Source of the DNA: a virus
Lineage: Duplodnaviria > Caudoviricetes
Strand: one strand, 5' to 3'
Length of the DNA stretch: 64,000 nt
Virus record (IMG/VR): IMGVR_UViG_3300024046_000005
Span: 3,842 to 67,841 of that record
Part shown: piece by piece, positions 1 to 9,903 of the stretch
Layout: every line of letters starts with the position of its first letter
Position numbering within the stretch: the stretch's first letter is position 1
The notes under the pieces: generated by a model
Database searches by the model: none
Seen by the model: only the letters and a program-made list of their open reading frames with translations
What the model was told of the DNA's origin: nothing
Made by a program: the position numbers and the translations under genes

Positions 1-167
1 AGCGCGCGGGCGACGGGCCGACCTGTGACGGCCACGCCCGATAAATCACCAGAATCGTCATGAGCCGCCTGCCACCAAAGGGCACCCACAGGTACGCCAT
101 GATGACGATGGTGGGCGCGGATGAACGCATCGGCTTCCGCTTTTGTAATTGGTCGTAGTTCGATCAT
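1..167 (-). CDS. XF1762-like phage protein, 5' part (runs off window)
   Basis: Manual translation MIELRPITKAEADAFIRAHHRHHGVPVG...GVAVTGRPVARA; HHRHH and GRPVAR motifs; ATG overlaps the upstream TGA. Confidence 0.55.
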   Translation of the reverse strand, partial: MIELRPITKAEADAFIRAHHRHHGVPVGALWWQAAHDDSGDLSGVAVTGRPVARA

Positions 168-379
168 GGGCAGCGCCCTCCCCATGCCGCCTGCAGCGCC
201 GCGAAGCTGGGCGCGGCCGGCCGGCCAGCGGTGGGGTGCGGGTGGCGCAGCGCGTACAGGCGGGCGCTGCAGGCCCGAGGCGATCGGCCCAGGATGGCGC
301 CGATGTCGCGGCGGGGGTGCTGGCCCTGCAGCTTGAGCAGGAGCGCGTCCTGCTCGGGTGTCCAGGCGAGGCCTTTCAT
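164..379 (-). CDS. Small Myb/HTH-like DNA-binding protein
   Basis: WTPEQDALL...IGAILGRSPRACSARLY pattern; coupled to the endolysin stop. Confidence 0.5.
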   Translation of the reverse strand: MKGLAWTPEQDALLLKLQGQHPRRDIGAILGRSPRACSARLYALRHPHPTAGRPAAPSFAALQAAWGGRCP

Positions 380-1002
380 GCGGCACCCTCCACCCGCTCT
401 GCGCAGCGCGCCAGGGGCACATTGCCGATGCGGTGGTCGAGCCAGCCCACGATGAAGCTGGCGTTGGCGTGGCCCTTGGCCAGGATGGAGTAGTAGACGG
501 CCTGCTGCCCATCCAGCAGCTTGAGGGTCAGCTCGCAGGCCTTGACGACACCACGGCGCTGCTGCAGCGCGGAGTAAGCCGCGAGCGTCCGCGTGCCGAT
601 CACTCCGTCGATTGCCGGGGGCGGATAGTCCCGGCCGCCACGGCTCAGGTCGGCCAGGGCGGATTGGAAGGCGCGCACAGCCCGGGCTGGGCCGGCGTTG
701 ACACCGTAGTCCACCAGCTTTGTGCCAACGGCGGGAGACAGGGCCAGCACGCGGTCAAAGCCGGGCGCCTCGATGTAGGTGGCCACGTAGATCTGCTGCG
801 CCATGCCTTCAGGCAGGCTCTGCATGGGGCCGGTGTAGCCGTGCGCGCGGGCGGTCTGCTCGGTGATGCCGTGGTTGGTGGCGCCGCCGGCGTCGTTGGC
901 GTCGTTGACGTAGCCGCCTTCCACGCCCAGCACGCCAGTGACGACGGCGACGACGAGCGCGCCCAGGCCGGCCCACACTTTGGGGTTTCTTGCCGTGGTC
1001 AT
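376..1002 (-). CDS. Endolysin, glycoside hydrolase family 108, with N-terminal hydrophobic (SAR-like) segment
   Basis: EGGYVNDANDAGGATNHGIT catalytic motif; N-terminal WAGLGALVVAVVTGVLGV. Confidence 0.9.
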   Translation of the reverse strand: MTTARNPKVWAGLGALVVAVVTGVLGVEGGYVNDANDAGGATNHGITEQTARAHGYTGPMQSLPEGMAQQIYVATYIEAPGFDRVLALSPAVGTKLVDYGVNAGPARAVRAFQSALADLSRGGRDYPPPAIDGVIGTRTLAAYSALQQRRGVVKACELTLKLLDGQQAVYYSILAKGHANASFIVGWLDHRIGNVPLARCAERVEGAA

Positions 1003-1319
1003 TCGTCCGCTCCCAGGCTGCCCAGGTCAGTCTCGGCAGGCCGGCGGCGCCGCGCTGCGCGGTCTTCCGCGTGCTCTTGATCGCGTCGGGCGTCGCGGCG
1101 CCACTTCCAGACCAGGTACGCCGCCTGCAGCAGTACGAACATGATGGACGCGAGTACAAGCCAGTCGCTCAGCGGCAGGCCCATCATGCGGGCGCCGCCG
1201 GCAGCTGCAGCACCTGGGGTTGCGTGATACCCGGCATTCACCAGGTCGTGCTTCTGCTCTGCGGACAGATGTTGATTGATGCCAAGCAGCACCAGCAGGG
1301 ATGCGAGTCGTTTGTTCAT
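999..1319 (-). CDS. Holin (single-TM type)
   Basis: Directly upstream of the endolysin; TM LSDWLVLASIMFVLLQAAYLVW followed by a basic tail. Confidence 0.65.
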   Translation of the reverse strand: MNKRLASLLVLLGINQHLSAEQKHDLVNAGYHATPGAAAAGGARMMGLPLSDWLVLASIMFVLLQAAYLVWKWRRDARRDQEHAEDRAARRRRPAETDLGSLGADE

Positions 1320-2062
1320 GGTGTCTGTTCAACCCCCGGGAATTGATCGCGACGCGCCCAGGCAGCCTCGCGGGTGATGCTGGTTGTCCAGCTGGCCGGC
1401 GCCTTGAGTACGGTTCCGGGTAAGGCGTACCAGGCCTGCGGCGCAAAGACGCCCGAGAACACGTTGCACACTTCGTAGCCATGACGCTGGCGCAGCTTCC
1501 AACCCAGCAGCAGCTCGGTGTCTGCGATGACTTGCCAGGCGCCGCCCGACTTGAACACCACGACGGACGTGCGCCCCGCTTTGCCGCGCCAAATCTTGTG
1601 GCCCTCGGTTTCGTCCACGGGGCAGCCCAAGCGGTAGGCCAAGCCGGCGCCGCCGTTGCGCCGGTACCAGGCCTTCACAGCCGTGCGGCTGCGCGGATGG
1701 TTGCCAGGCGCCCAATAGCACGCGGCCACGGCCTCTCGGTATTCGTCGGACTGCGGGTCGGGATTCAGCCAGCAGTGCGGCACCGGGCGGCCTGGATTGC
1801 CGGCCCAAGGCACGTTGTCGCCGTGCGCCGTCACGTTCGGAACGGGCTCGATGTCCCAGTCCGCGAGATCAGGGGCCACGTCGGTCAAGCGGTCGTTTTC
1901 CCAGGCCAGCAAATCGGCGATCTGCCCGGTCTTGAACAAACGCACCTTCCACTTGGCCCACGTCAGGCCATTGCACCGGGTCTTGCACTCGGCAAGGGAT
2001 GCAGCTGCAGCCTCGCGCAGCTCTGCAGGCACGCCGGCGATTTCGAGCAAGTCGAGGGTCAT
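1316..2062 (-). CDS. Hypothetical phage protein between tail adhesin and holin
   Basis: 248-aa ORF with coupled ends; a diverged partial copy at 31472-31666 shows mostly synonymous changes, supporting coding. Confidence 0.7.
   Translation of the reverse strand: MTLDLLEIAGVPAELREAAAASLAECKTRCNGLTWAKWKVRLFKTGQIADLLAWENDRLTDVAPDLADWDIEPVPNVTAHGDNVPWAGNPGRPVPHCWLNPDPQSDEYREAVAACYWAPGNHPRSRTAVKAWYRRNGGAGLAYRLGCPVDETEGHKIWRGKAGRTSVVVFKSGGAWQVIADTELLLGWKLRQRHGYEVCNVFSGVFAPQAWYALPGTVLKAPASWTTSITREAAWARRDQFPGVEQTP
1637..1831 (-). repeat. 195-bp inverted repeat, copy 1 (partner 31472-31666)
   Basis: Manual alignment, 183/195 identical. Confidence 0.9.
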
Positions 2063-2763
2063 GCGATGGTTCCGATCGTGTTGCCCCGGGTGCCGCCCAC
2101 CCAGGTGATGAAGGAATCGCCCACGATGGCGCGGCCCGCTGATCGCCCCACAATGCCCGCATTGGCAACGCCAGTGGGATCGTTCGTGGTGCCACTGGCG
2201 CCCGTGGCGCCGTTCTCGCCCCAGGTGCCGCCGTAGCCGCCGGTGCCGCCCTTCGCGGTGTAGGGCGGGAAGCCGCCATCGGTTTGCGTTGTGCCCGCGC
2301 TGCCAGCGGCTCGGGTTTGCGACCCAGCGCTGTCAACACCGTTGCCCGTACCGCCCAAGCCCCCAGTAGCTGTTTTGAAACCGCCGCTGCCGTTGCGCAC
2401 GGTGGCGCTGCCGCCGGTGCCTCCCTGCCCCCCTGGCGCATAGATGTAGCCGAGGTTTTCGACGGTGACCGGCTGCGCGGCGGTCAACGCATCGCCGGAG
2501 GTGCTGCCGGATGCCGCAACGGCACTGACCATGGTGCTGGCGCCGATACGGATTTTCAGGCCGCCGGGAAACGATGCGGCGCCCGCAGTGGGGACGGACA
2601 GCGCGCCGATGGTGGGTGCGGTGATGTTGACGAGCAGCGCACTGATGCCGTTCCAGCCCGCAGCAATCGCCAATGAGCGCAAATTGGGGGCGTAGGCGTG
2701 GCTGGAGAGGGTGAGCACGAATTCCGGCTTTTTAGCCAGCAGGAACAGGACTGCGGGATGCAT
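2059..2763 (-). CDS. Glycine-rich putative receptor-binding adhesin (T-even gp38-like)
   Basis: VTVENLGYIYAPGGQGGTGG and further GGxGG motifs; last gene of the tail module. Confidence 0.55.
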   Translation of the reverse strand: MHPAVLFLLAKKPEFVLTLSSHAYAPNLRSLAIAAGWNGISALLVNITAPTIGALSVPTAGAASFPGGLKIRIGASTMVSAVAASGSTSGDALTAAQPVTVENLGYIYAPGGQGGTGGSATVRNGSGGFKTATGGLGGTGNGVDSAGSQTRAAGSAGTTQTDGGFPPYTAKGGTGGYGGTWGENGATGASGTTNDPTGVANAGIVGRSAGRAIVGDSFITWVGGTRGNTIGTIA

Positions 2764-3722
2764 CAGGACACCCCTCCACCGATCACGCAGTCGCTGGCCG
2801 AGGTGTAGAGCACGACGGCAGTACCGTAGGCCGCGAGCGAGGCGCTGGCCTTGGACGAACCATCGACCAGGCGCATGGTCATGCCCGAGCCAGACGTGAG
2901 GGTGATGGCACTGGCGCTGGTGTTGGTGATGGCGTAGCTCCCGCCCGCCGGGAACACGGATGCGGCGGGCATGGTGAATGCCGCGCTGCGCACGAGGTGC
3001 ATGCCGTTGTCCGCTATGGTGGGCGTGCCGCTGGTGGAGCCTGCGGCCAGCGTGATGGGTTGCCTTTCGTCAAGCGCGGCCTGCTGGGCGGCGGATACCG
3101 GCTTGTCAGCGTCGCTGGTGTTGTCCACGTTACCCAGGCCCACCAGGGCGGGCGATGGCGCGCCGCCGTCTTTGATGACGCCGCCGGTGATGCCGTCGAA
3201 CAGGGCGATATGCCCATCCTGCGCCGAGGGTGGGCCGCTGACGTAAGCGCTGGCGGGCAGGTAAGCGGCCTCCCACGCAGCGCCGCTGTACACGCGCATT
3301 TGATCGGACACGGTGTTGTAGTACAGGGCGCCTGTTTGCAGCGCCCCGCCCTGGTTGTCAGTGGCCGGGTCGCTGGATTTGTCACCGAGGTAGCGCTTGT
3401 CAAAATTCTGGTAGCTGTTGCCGGCGCTGGTGGCGCTGGCATTGGCCTCTGTGGCCTTGCTCGTAGCGATCCCGGCCTGCGTGACGGCCGTATCCTTGGC
3501 TGCCACGGCCACGTCCGCCGCATCGCCGGCCGTTCCAGCGCTTTCGTGGGCAGAGACGGCGTTCGTGTAGGTGGCCGCGATGGCGGCGTTGACCTGCGTG
3601 ACCAACGTGTCCTCGGACTGAAGGCGCGCAAACGCCTTGCTGTCGAATTCCGCCGGAGTGTCGGTCGGTAGCGGCGCGGGCGCCATGGGGTCGATGGTCG
3701 GCGGTGCAATGGGATTGGTCAT
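2763..3722 (-). CDS. Tail fibre/spike-like protein
   Basis: Ala/Thr-rich coiled segment, GALYYNT...MRVY and GLGNVDNTSDADKPVS motifs typical of phage fibres. Confidence 0.65.
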   Translation of the reverse strand: MTNPIAPPTIDPMAPAPLPTDTPAEFDSKAFARLQSEDTLVTQVNAAIAATYTNAVSAHESAGTAGDAADVAVAAKDTAVTQAGIATSKATEANASATSAGNSYQNFDKRYLGDKSSDPATDNQGGALQTGALYYNTVSDQMRVYSGAAWEAAYLPASAYVSGPPSAQDGHIALFDGITGGVIKDGGAPSPALVGLGNVDNTSDADKPVSAAQQAALDERQPITLAAGSTSGTPTIADNGMHLVRSAAFTMPAASVFPAGGSYAITNTSASAITLTSGSGMTMRLVDGSSKASASLAAYGTAVVLYTSASDCVIGGGVS

Positions 3723-4636
3723 GTCAGGCCCTCCAGTTCAAGGTCGCAGTCGGAATAGTCAAAGTAGGAAATCACGATGTCGAAGCTTTTGTAGAAGCCA
3801 TACACCGTGGTCGATTCGTAGCGGGTGGAGCCCATCCACAGGCATGCCCTGGCGCGTACGCTGGAGAGGAAGCGGTGCAGGGAGTCCACCTCGTCAGCGC
3901 CGAGCTGCAGCGTGAAGCTGGCGCGCTTGGCGAAATTGCGCTCGACGACCATCACGTCGCCGAAGTCGTTGCGCTCCTTGCGCGAGTAGTCCTGGATGCC
4001 CAGGCGCGCGCCGTACTTCACGCCCATGGAGAAGCGCCGCGCCTGGCCGAACAGGATCACGCCCACGCCGAGGTCTGCGGTGCCGGTGAAGTCGATGTAC
4101 AGATCCGCCGTGGGGTAGCTGGGCAGGTCGGTCAGGATGGCCTGTGTCGGCGAGCGGCGCTCCCCGAAGTACCAGGCCCACCAGCCCGACTCCAGCGGAT
4201 GGGCGCTCAGGTCGATGGTGCGGTCGTACACGTCCCCGGTGACCGGCGCGACAACCCGCGCACGCATGGCCGTGGCGCCGGAGAGATTGAGCGCGGCCAG
4301 CGCCGTGGCAGCACGGCCCGGGCGCAACTGGTAGCTGATCGCATCCGCCTGCTTGACTTGAGAGCTGACGGACTGGTCGAACGGCTTCCAGCGATTCGTG
4401 GCGCCGACTTCCTGCCAGTTGAGCACGTCCGCGCCGGGCGTGTTGCCGGTGTTGCCGTCCACCAGGCTTTCGTAGACCTTGTGCGCGGACACGACGATGA
4501 CGCGGTCGCCCTGGTCGTACGTGGTGTCGGCATCCCAGGCGTCGTAGTCCGTCTCGGGCACGTTGCAGTCGATCAGCATGGCGTCGGTGAGTGCGACGGG
4601 ATCGACAACGGTGATGGCGTAGGGGCCGGCTGTCAT
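3719..4636 (-). CDS. Minor tail / tail-tip protein
   Basis: Start reassigned to MTAGPYAIT at 4636, overlapping the tape-measure stop; directly follows the tape measure. Confidence 0.65.
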   Translation of the reverse strand: MTAGPYAITVVDPVALTDAMLIDCNVPETDYDAWDADTTYDQGDRVIVVSAHKVYESLVDGNTGNTPGADVLNWQEVGATNRWKPFDQSVSSQVKQADAISYQLRPGRAATALAALNLSGATAMRARVVAPVTGDVYDRTIDLSAHPLESGWWAWYFGERRSPTQAILTDLPSYPTADLYIDFTGTADLGVGVILFGQARRFSMGVKYGARLGIQDYSRKERNDFGDVMVVERNFAKRASFTLQLGADEVDSLHRFLSSVRARACLWMGSTRYESTTVYGFYKSFDIVISYFDYSDCDLELEGLT

Positions 4637-7600
4637 GGCAATGTCTCCTCGCGCGTGGGTGGCAGTCCGTCGCCCTCCCAGCGTTCCAGCAGCTTGGCCA
4701 CGCGCAGGTTCAGTCGCGCGATCTCGCCGGCCTGGGCTTTGTTGTCGTCGCGCAGGGCGCGCAGCTCGGCCACCACGCTGGGGTCGCTGCTGACGACGAT
4801 GGGCGTGGCCCCAATGGCCTGCACCGCAGGCAGCGCGACGGAGATGGAGGACGGTGCGGCGCGTGGCACCGACTTGCCATTGGCGTAGGCGTTGGCGTAG
4901 GCCGCGGTGTCCTGCAGGCTCTGCGCCACGCTGGCGCGCAGGGATTGCAGTTCGTACAGGCTGGCGGCGTTGTTCGCGGCCACGGCCAGCAGCGAATCGC
5001 TGACGCTGGCCAGGCGGCCGGCGGCGTCCTGGTCGCCGGCCCGCGCCATGGCGGTGTCGATCGTGAATTGCGCCTGCCACCAGTCCATACCATGGCCGGC
5101 ATCTTGTGCAATCTCGCCCCGGATCAGCTTGACCTGGTCGAGCAGGCTGGTCGTGATGTCGGCCCAGGCTTCCTTGATGCGCTCGGCGGCTTCGGCCGCT
5201 TCGCGGGCGCTGTTGCTGACGGCGCTGTTGTAGTTGCCGATCGATGTGGCGGCGCGCATCGTCGGGATCTGGATCGATCCGATGGCGTTGCTGATCTCGC
5301 TCAGCAGCCCGGAGCTTTGCAGTTCTTGCATGACCTGCGCGGCCACGCTGACCATTTGCTTGGCTTGCTCCACCACAAGGCCGATGGATGCGGCGCTGAC
5401 GGCTGCGGTCGCGTTGGCGCCGGTCATGGCGGCGGTCACGACAGGGGTGACGATGCCTTGCACCAGGATGTTGCTGATCTGCTGTGCGAATCCGCCGGCG
5501 ATGGCGTTGTAGATGCCATCCTGCACGCTTGCAGCCATGGCGGCGCCGACACTGCCGCCGCTGAAAGTGCCCAGCATGGCGCTGGAGATGGTGCTGGCCA
5601 GGCCGCTGGCGGTTTGCCCCAGGGCCGGCAGAGCGGCCACGGTGGCGTCCACGCTGGTGGTCACGGCGGCAAATGCGGAGTTCAGCTCCAGCAGCGCGGC
5701 GGCGGTTTCTTCGGCCGTCTTGCCGGTGTCCTTGAGGACGATGCTGGTAGTGCCTTCGTCCTGCGCGCTGGCGGCCGCAGCCATGGCCGCCTCGACGGCA
5801 GAGCGGTACTGCGTGCGCGCGCCCATGGAGTCCAGGTCGATATTGACGCCCAGGTCGGAGAGCTGCTTATTGACAGCAGCGCGCGCTGTGGTCAGGCGTT
5901 CGCTCTCGGAATAGAAGTTCTGGTAGTACGAGGACGTGACGGCGTTGAAGTTGTCCAGCCCACCGAGCAGATCGGCAAACCGGTTGGCCGCGTCCGCCCC
6001 AGCCAGGGAGGCGTCGTACAGCGTGAAGCCCAGTGTCTCGAATACGCTGTTGACGTTGGTGATATGGGTCGCCAGCCGGGTCAGCGTGTCGATCGCTTGC
6101 TCGCCGTCGCGCGCGAATTCACTTGCAACGTAATGCGTGCCGGTAATGACTTCTTCGTATTCGCTGTAGATGCCGGGGATGTCGAGGTCGCCGTCGATCG
6201 GGCCGCGATCTTGCCGGGTGCGGCGCACGGTCTCGGTCGTGGTTTCCCAGCGGCCTATGACTTGTTCCGCCAAGGTGTTGTTGGCCGTGGCCAGGGCTTC
6301 GGCGATCTTGGCGGCGGCTTCTTCGGCGGTCAGGCCTTGGGTGTCCACCCCAACCCCGGCGTTCAGGTCGGGGTGTACTTCATCGGTGCCGAACGCCATC
6401 GTGAAGTCGCGCACCTTGTCGCTGCCCAGGCCCAGCGCATCGGCCATGTTGCCCACGTTGTCGCGCAGCTTGTCGTAGGCGGCCTGGATGTCGTCGCTTT
6501 GCTTCTTGGCTGCTGCGAGCATCGGGTCGTAGAGTGCGCGGCGAGCGTTCAGCGTCTCCTGAGTCTCGTAGGCCTCGCGCGATGCGCCTTGGCCCGAGGC
6601 GCGCAGGTCTTCAAGGCGCCGCTCCAGGTCGGCGATGCGCTTGCCTTCGTCTTCGATGCGGAAGTCAGGGCCGGAAAACAGCGTGCCGCCGTCGCGGACG
6701 ACGGTGTACGGTGTCAGGTCGCCATCGCCAAGGGTGCCGCGCAGGCCGCCGCCTACGGTGCGTTTGCTCCTGAATGCACCCAGGGCATTGAGCACCACGG
6801 CAGCGATGGCGGCGTAGGCGCCTGCGGCGTAGCTTGCACCTGCGCCCGCCCCACCCGCGCCGGCGCTGCCAGCCCCCGCTGCCGTGCCGTACGCCCCGTT
6901 GGTCGCCAGCAGGCCATCAATGCCGGTCGCAGTGGTGTTGGCGTACAGCGAACCCGCCATGTTCGCCGTGCTCATCGAGCCGCCCATCCACCCGCCAATT
7001 GCGCCCAGATTCCCGCCGGTAGCCGTGAGCGCGTTGTATGCGCTGTAAGCATTGCTGGCCATACCCAGCGTGCCCATTACTCCATTGCCACCGCCCTGCG
7101 CATTCCCACCAATAAACCCCTGCACCACGCCATTGACAACACCAGACACCGGCGCCATCACAGCGCTGATGATGGGCCGCAGCACCATCGTCTTGAACAT
7201 GTTCTGCACGGCGTCGCGCAGGTTCTCGGCAAAGCCCTTGCCGTCTTCGAAGCCACGCATCAGGGCGTCGGTCAGGCTCTGATTGATCTGGTCGGCGGTC
7301 TTTTGCCATTCGGTCAGCGTCTCGCGTGCAATGGCCGTTTCGGTCTTGACGCGAGCCTTTTGGCGGGCCTTGGCGCGCAGTTCTTCCCTTTTGCGCTCGT
7401 TTTCTTCTGCTGTGCCGTCGAACGTCTGCTTGTCGATCTCGCGCAGCTCCTTCGCCAGCTCCAGTTCGATCTCACGGGCAGCGATGATCTTGCGGCGCTC
7501 CAACTCGGTTTGTCCGATCAGGGACAGTTCTTCCAGCGTGACAACCTGCTGCTCACTCGCCACGGCCAGCGCCTCGTCCATCGAGCGGGCTACCTTGGTG

Positions 7601-9813
7601 TAGTCGGCCTTGTACAAGGCGTCCACGTAGCGCTGCTGTTGGCGCACGGCTTCTTCCATTTTCGCCAGCGCCTCGGGTGACCACGGGCCTGCGTCCTTTT
7701 CGTTCTCCAGGGCCAACTTCATTTGCGCAAGGGTCAGCTCCTCAATGGCTGTCTTGCTCTTGCCGTAGGTGGCGTTGGCGGCCTCCTGCTGGTCGGCGTT
7801 GTTGCCGATGGTGTCGGCGGACTTTTGCAGGGTGTCGAGGTACTTGCGGTATGCCTTTTCGCTGTCCTCTATGGCTTTGGCTTGGCGTTCTTCTTCCGTG
7901 CGGGTGCGCTGTGCCGCTCCCAGCATTTGGGCGACCACCAGCAACGCCTCTTTCTCTTTGCGGGTCTTGGCGTCCAGCTTGCCTGCGAGTTCTTCTTGCA
8001 GCTTCGCGGCAAGGCGCTCGCCTTCCGTGGCCTTCTCTGCCGCTGTGCCGCGCTCGCGCAGGCGGGCGGTGTACTCTTCTTCCAGCTTGATCTTGGCCTG
8101 GATCGCGGCGATTTCGCGCTGTGCAGAAGATTCGGATTGGGCGGTTTGTTTTAGAGCCTTACCAGCAGCGCTTGCATCAAACGTCCTTTTGGCAAGCGCT
8201 GAAACCTCCTCAATGTACTTTTCCTGACTTATAACTCCATTCTTCAGGGCTTCCTCATAAACCTTCAGATCGGCGAAATACTGTTTATTCACCCCGGATG
8301 CGCGCATGCGAACATCCATCAGGGCCTTCTCAGATTCGGCCTGCTGGCGTGCATAGTCCTGATAGGATGCACCACGCGACTTATATCCCGATTGATCGCG
8401 GGGATCACTCCCGGCAGAAACACCTAACAAGGCGTCTTGTGCCGTCTTTGCCTCACGATATTTATCAACCAGCCGCTGTGCATGTGCAAATGCCTCGCGC
8501 AGCATCAGATTGCTACTTTTTTCCGCGCCGGATCGCTTTAACCTATCAAGCTCAGACTCGGCGTCTTTCAGCCTAGTCCCAACGTCCTGGGCTGTATAAG
8601 AAAAGGCGTTTAGTGGATTTACGAAGGCCAGCACGGAACCAGCCCCGGCAATCATTTGCCTAGTAAACCCCTTGCCACTAGCGCGGGCCGCATCCATTGA
8701 ATTAGATACGTCATTCATTGCGTCCGTCAGAATGTTGACCTGACCCGCCCAGAACTGACTTATCCCGGTATCCCCCGCACTTTGCTTTATGCGATCAAAT
8801 GCGTCGTTGAATCTATTTGTTGCCGCATCGAGTCTATTCGCGGCTTTCTCAGCAGAATCTCCGATATTTTCATTGAGTGCTTTTGCAAATTTCGGCAAAA
8901 AGTCATCGGCAATGACTTGGCCTTGCTCCAGCATCTTCCCGAGTTCAGCGGTGGTGACGCCCATTGCGCGCGCCGCGATCTGGAACGCTCCAGGCAAGCG
9001 CTCGCCAAGCTGCCCACGGAGTTCCTCGGCCTGCACCGTTCCCTTGGAGATCATCTGCTGCAAGGCGAGAAGAACCCCGCTGCTCTGCGAAGCAGAAAGC
9101 CCCATCACTGCCGACGCCTTGGCGACGGACTCAAACACATCTCGCGCTTTCCCGCCCTCCAGCGCAGTCCCACGCGCCGCCGCCTGGAATTGCATGTACG
9201 CCTGGGCTGTGCTCTTGAATTCCAGACCAAGTGCGTAGGTGGTATTGCGTAGATAGGCGATTTCCGCCGCGCTCCCACGAGTAGATGCAAAATCCAAACC
9301 GATGCGCAGGCGCTCAACGGCGGCACTAGCTTCATAAAGTGCTGCTATCGCATCTTTTGCGCCCCGAACAATATGGTTTGCGGCGAACAAAGAAGCCCCT
9401 GCTTTCGCAAGGTCAAGAATGGACAGCGAGGAAGCACTTGCAGCATTTCCAACGCCCTTTGTCGCTTCCTCCATCTTGCGCAAATCAGCCAGGGCGGACT
9501 GAAATTTCGAGCGATCCAGCCCCCTGAAATCAAGCTGCAACTCAAATTTCTGGCTTGCGGTTTTGCCAAGCATTTCAAGTTCGCGTGTGGCCTTCTTAAT
9601 TGAGGACAGCATGCGACCCTCTGCGCGTGTCAATTTGTCCGCACCCTTCTCCATGCTTGAACCCATGCCATCAATGGCTAGGCCAGCCTTGCTTGCAGAA
9701 TTGGCAACTACAGACGCCATCCCGGAAGCCTTGCTTCCAAGGCGACTAAATGCCGCTTCTGCCTTTTCGGATGAAACAGTAACTTCGCCTTGTATTGTCA
9801 GATCGGATGCCAT
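4633..9813 (-). CDS. Tail tape measure protein (~1726 aa)
   Basis: Length; Ala-rich helical composition; ELRGQLGERLPGAFQIAARAMG motif; start MASD at 9813. Confidence 0.92.
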   Translation of the reverse strand: MASDLTIQGEVTVSSEKAEAAFSRLGSKASGMASVVANSASKAGLAIDGMGSSMEKGADKLTRAEGRMLSSIKKATRELEMLGKTASQKFELQLDFRGLDRSKFQSALADLRKMEEATKGVGNAASASSLSILDLAKAGASLFAANHIVRGAKDAIAALYEASAAVERLRIGLDFASTRGSAAEIAYLRNTTYALGLEFKSTAQAYMQFQAAARGTALEGGKARDVFESVAKASAVMGLSASQSSGVLLALQQMISKGTVQAEELRGQLGERLPGAFQIAARAMGVTTAELGKMLEQGQVIADDFLPKFAKALNENIGDSAEKAANRLDAATNRFNDAFDRIKQSAGDTGISQFWAGQVNILTDAMNDVSNSMDAARASGKGFTRQMIAGAGSVLAFVNPLNAFSYTAQDVGTRLKDAESELDRLKRSGAEKSSNLMLREAFAHAQRLVDKYREAKTAQDALLGVSAGSDPRDQSGYKSRGASYQDYARQQAESEKALMDVRMRASGVNKQYFADLKVYEEALKNGVISQEKYIEEVSALAKRTFDASAAGKALKQTAQSESSAQREIAAIQAKIKLEEEYTARLRERGTAAEKATEGERLAAKLQEELAGKLDAKTRKEKEALLVVAQMLGAAQRTRTEEERQAKAIEDSEKAYRKYLDTLQKSADTIGNNADQQEAANATYGKSKTAIEELTLAQMKLALENEKDAGPWSPEALAKMEEAVRQQQRYVDALYKADYTKVARSMDEALAVASEQQVVTLEELSLIGQTELERRKIIAAREIELELAKELREIDKQTFDGTAEENERKREELRAKARQKARVKTETAIARETLTEWQKTADQINQSLTDALMRGFEDGKGFAENLRDAVQNMFKTMVLRPIISAVMAPVSGVVNGVVQGFIGGNAQGGGNGVMGTLGMASNAYSAYNALTATGGNLGAIGGWMGGSMSTANMAGSLYANTTATGIDGLLATNGAYGTAAGAGSAGAGGAGAGASYAAGAYAAIAAVVLNALGAFRSKRTVGGGLRGTLGDGDLTPYTVVRDGGTLFSGPDFRIEDEGKRIADLERRLEDLRASGQGASREAYETQETLNARRALYDPMLAAAKKQSDDIQAAYDKLRDNVGNMADALGLGSDKVRDFTMAFGTDEVHPDLNAGVGVDTQGLTAEEAAAKIAEALATANNTLAEQVIGRWETTTETVRRTRQDRGPIDGDLDIPGIYSEYEEVITGTHYVASEFARDGEQAIDTLTRLATHITNVNSVFETLGFTLYDASLAGADAANRFADLLGGLDNFNAVTSSYYQNFYSESERLTTARAAVNKQLSDLGVNIDLDSMGARTQYRSAVEAAMAAAASAQDEGTTSIVLKDTGKTAEETAAALLELNSAFAAVTTSVDATVAALPALGQTASGLASTISSAMLGTFSGGSVGAAMAASVQDGIYNAIAGGFAQQISNILVQGIVTPVVTAAMTGANATAAVSAASIGLVVEQAKQMVSVAAQVMQELQSSGLLSEISNAIGSIQIPTMRAATSIGNYNSAVSNSAREAAEAAERIKEAWADITTSLLDQVKLIRGEIAQDAGHGMDWWQAQFTIDTAMARAGDQDAAGRLASVSDSLLAVAANNAASLYELQSLRASVAQSLQDTAAYANAYANGKSVPRAAPSSISVALPAVQAIGATPIVVSSDPSVVAELRALRDDNKAQAGEIARLNLRVAKLLERWEGDGLPPTREETLP

Positions 9814-9825
9814 TTCGATTTCCCA

Positions 9826-9886
9826 AAAGAAAAGCCCACGGGTATTAGCCGTGGGCTGAAAAAACAAAACCCGCCGAAGCGGGTTT
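9826..9886 (-). terminator. Two tandem hairpins with T-tract upstream of the tape measure gene
   Basis: AGCCCACG/CGTGGGCT (9833-9857) and AAACCCGC/GCGGGTTT (9867-9886). Confidence 0.6.
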
Positions 9887-9903
9887 GAAAACGATAAGCT
9901 AAG

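Noticed and set aside
2059-4636. Remote DGR target in tail fibre/adhesin genes
   Set aside because: No copy of the invariant GAGTTCCGGGTCCGCCCCTTCCGCA or CCTGGGCGGTCGATTTCGAG was seen on either strand here, by eye.
3719-5080. 453-aa version of the tail-tip ORF
   Set aside because: The first ~148 codons overlap the tape measure 3' end in another frame and look non-coding; start reassigned to 4636.
4945-7680. Long plus-strand ORFs opposite structural genes (also 20766-22112, 21796-23310, 24056-25582, 39722-41464)
   Set aside because: Antisense shadow ORFs typical of high-GC coding DNA; no motifs or RBS.
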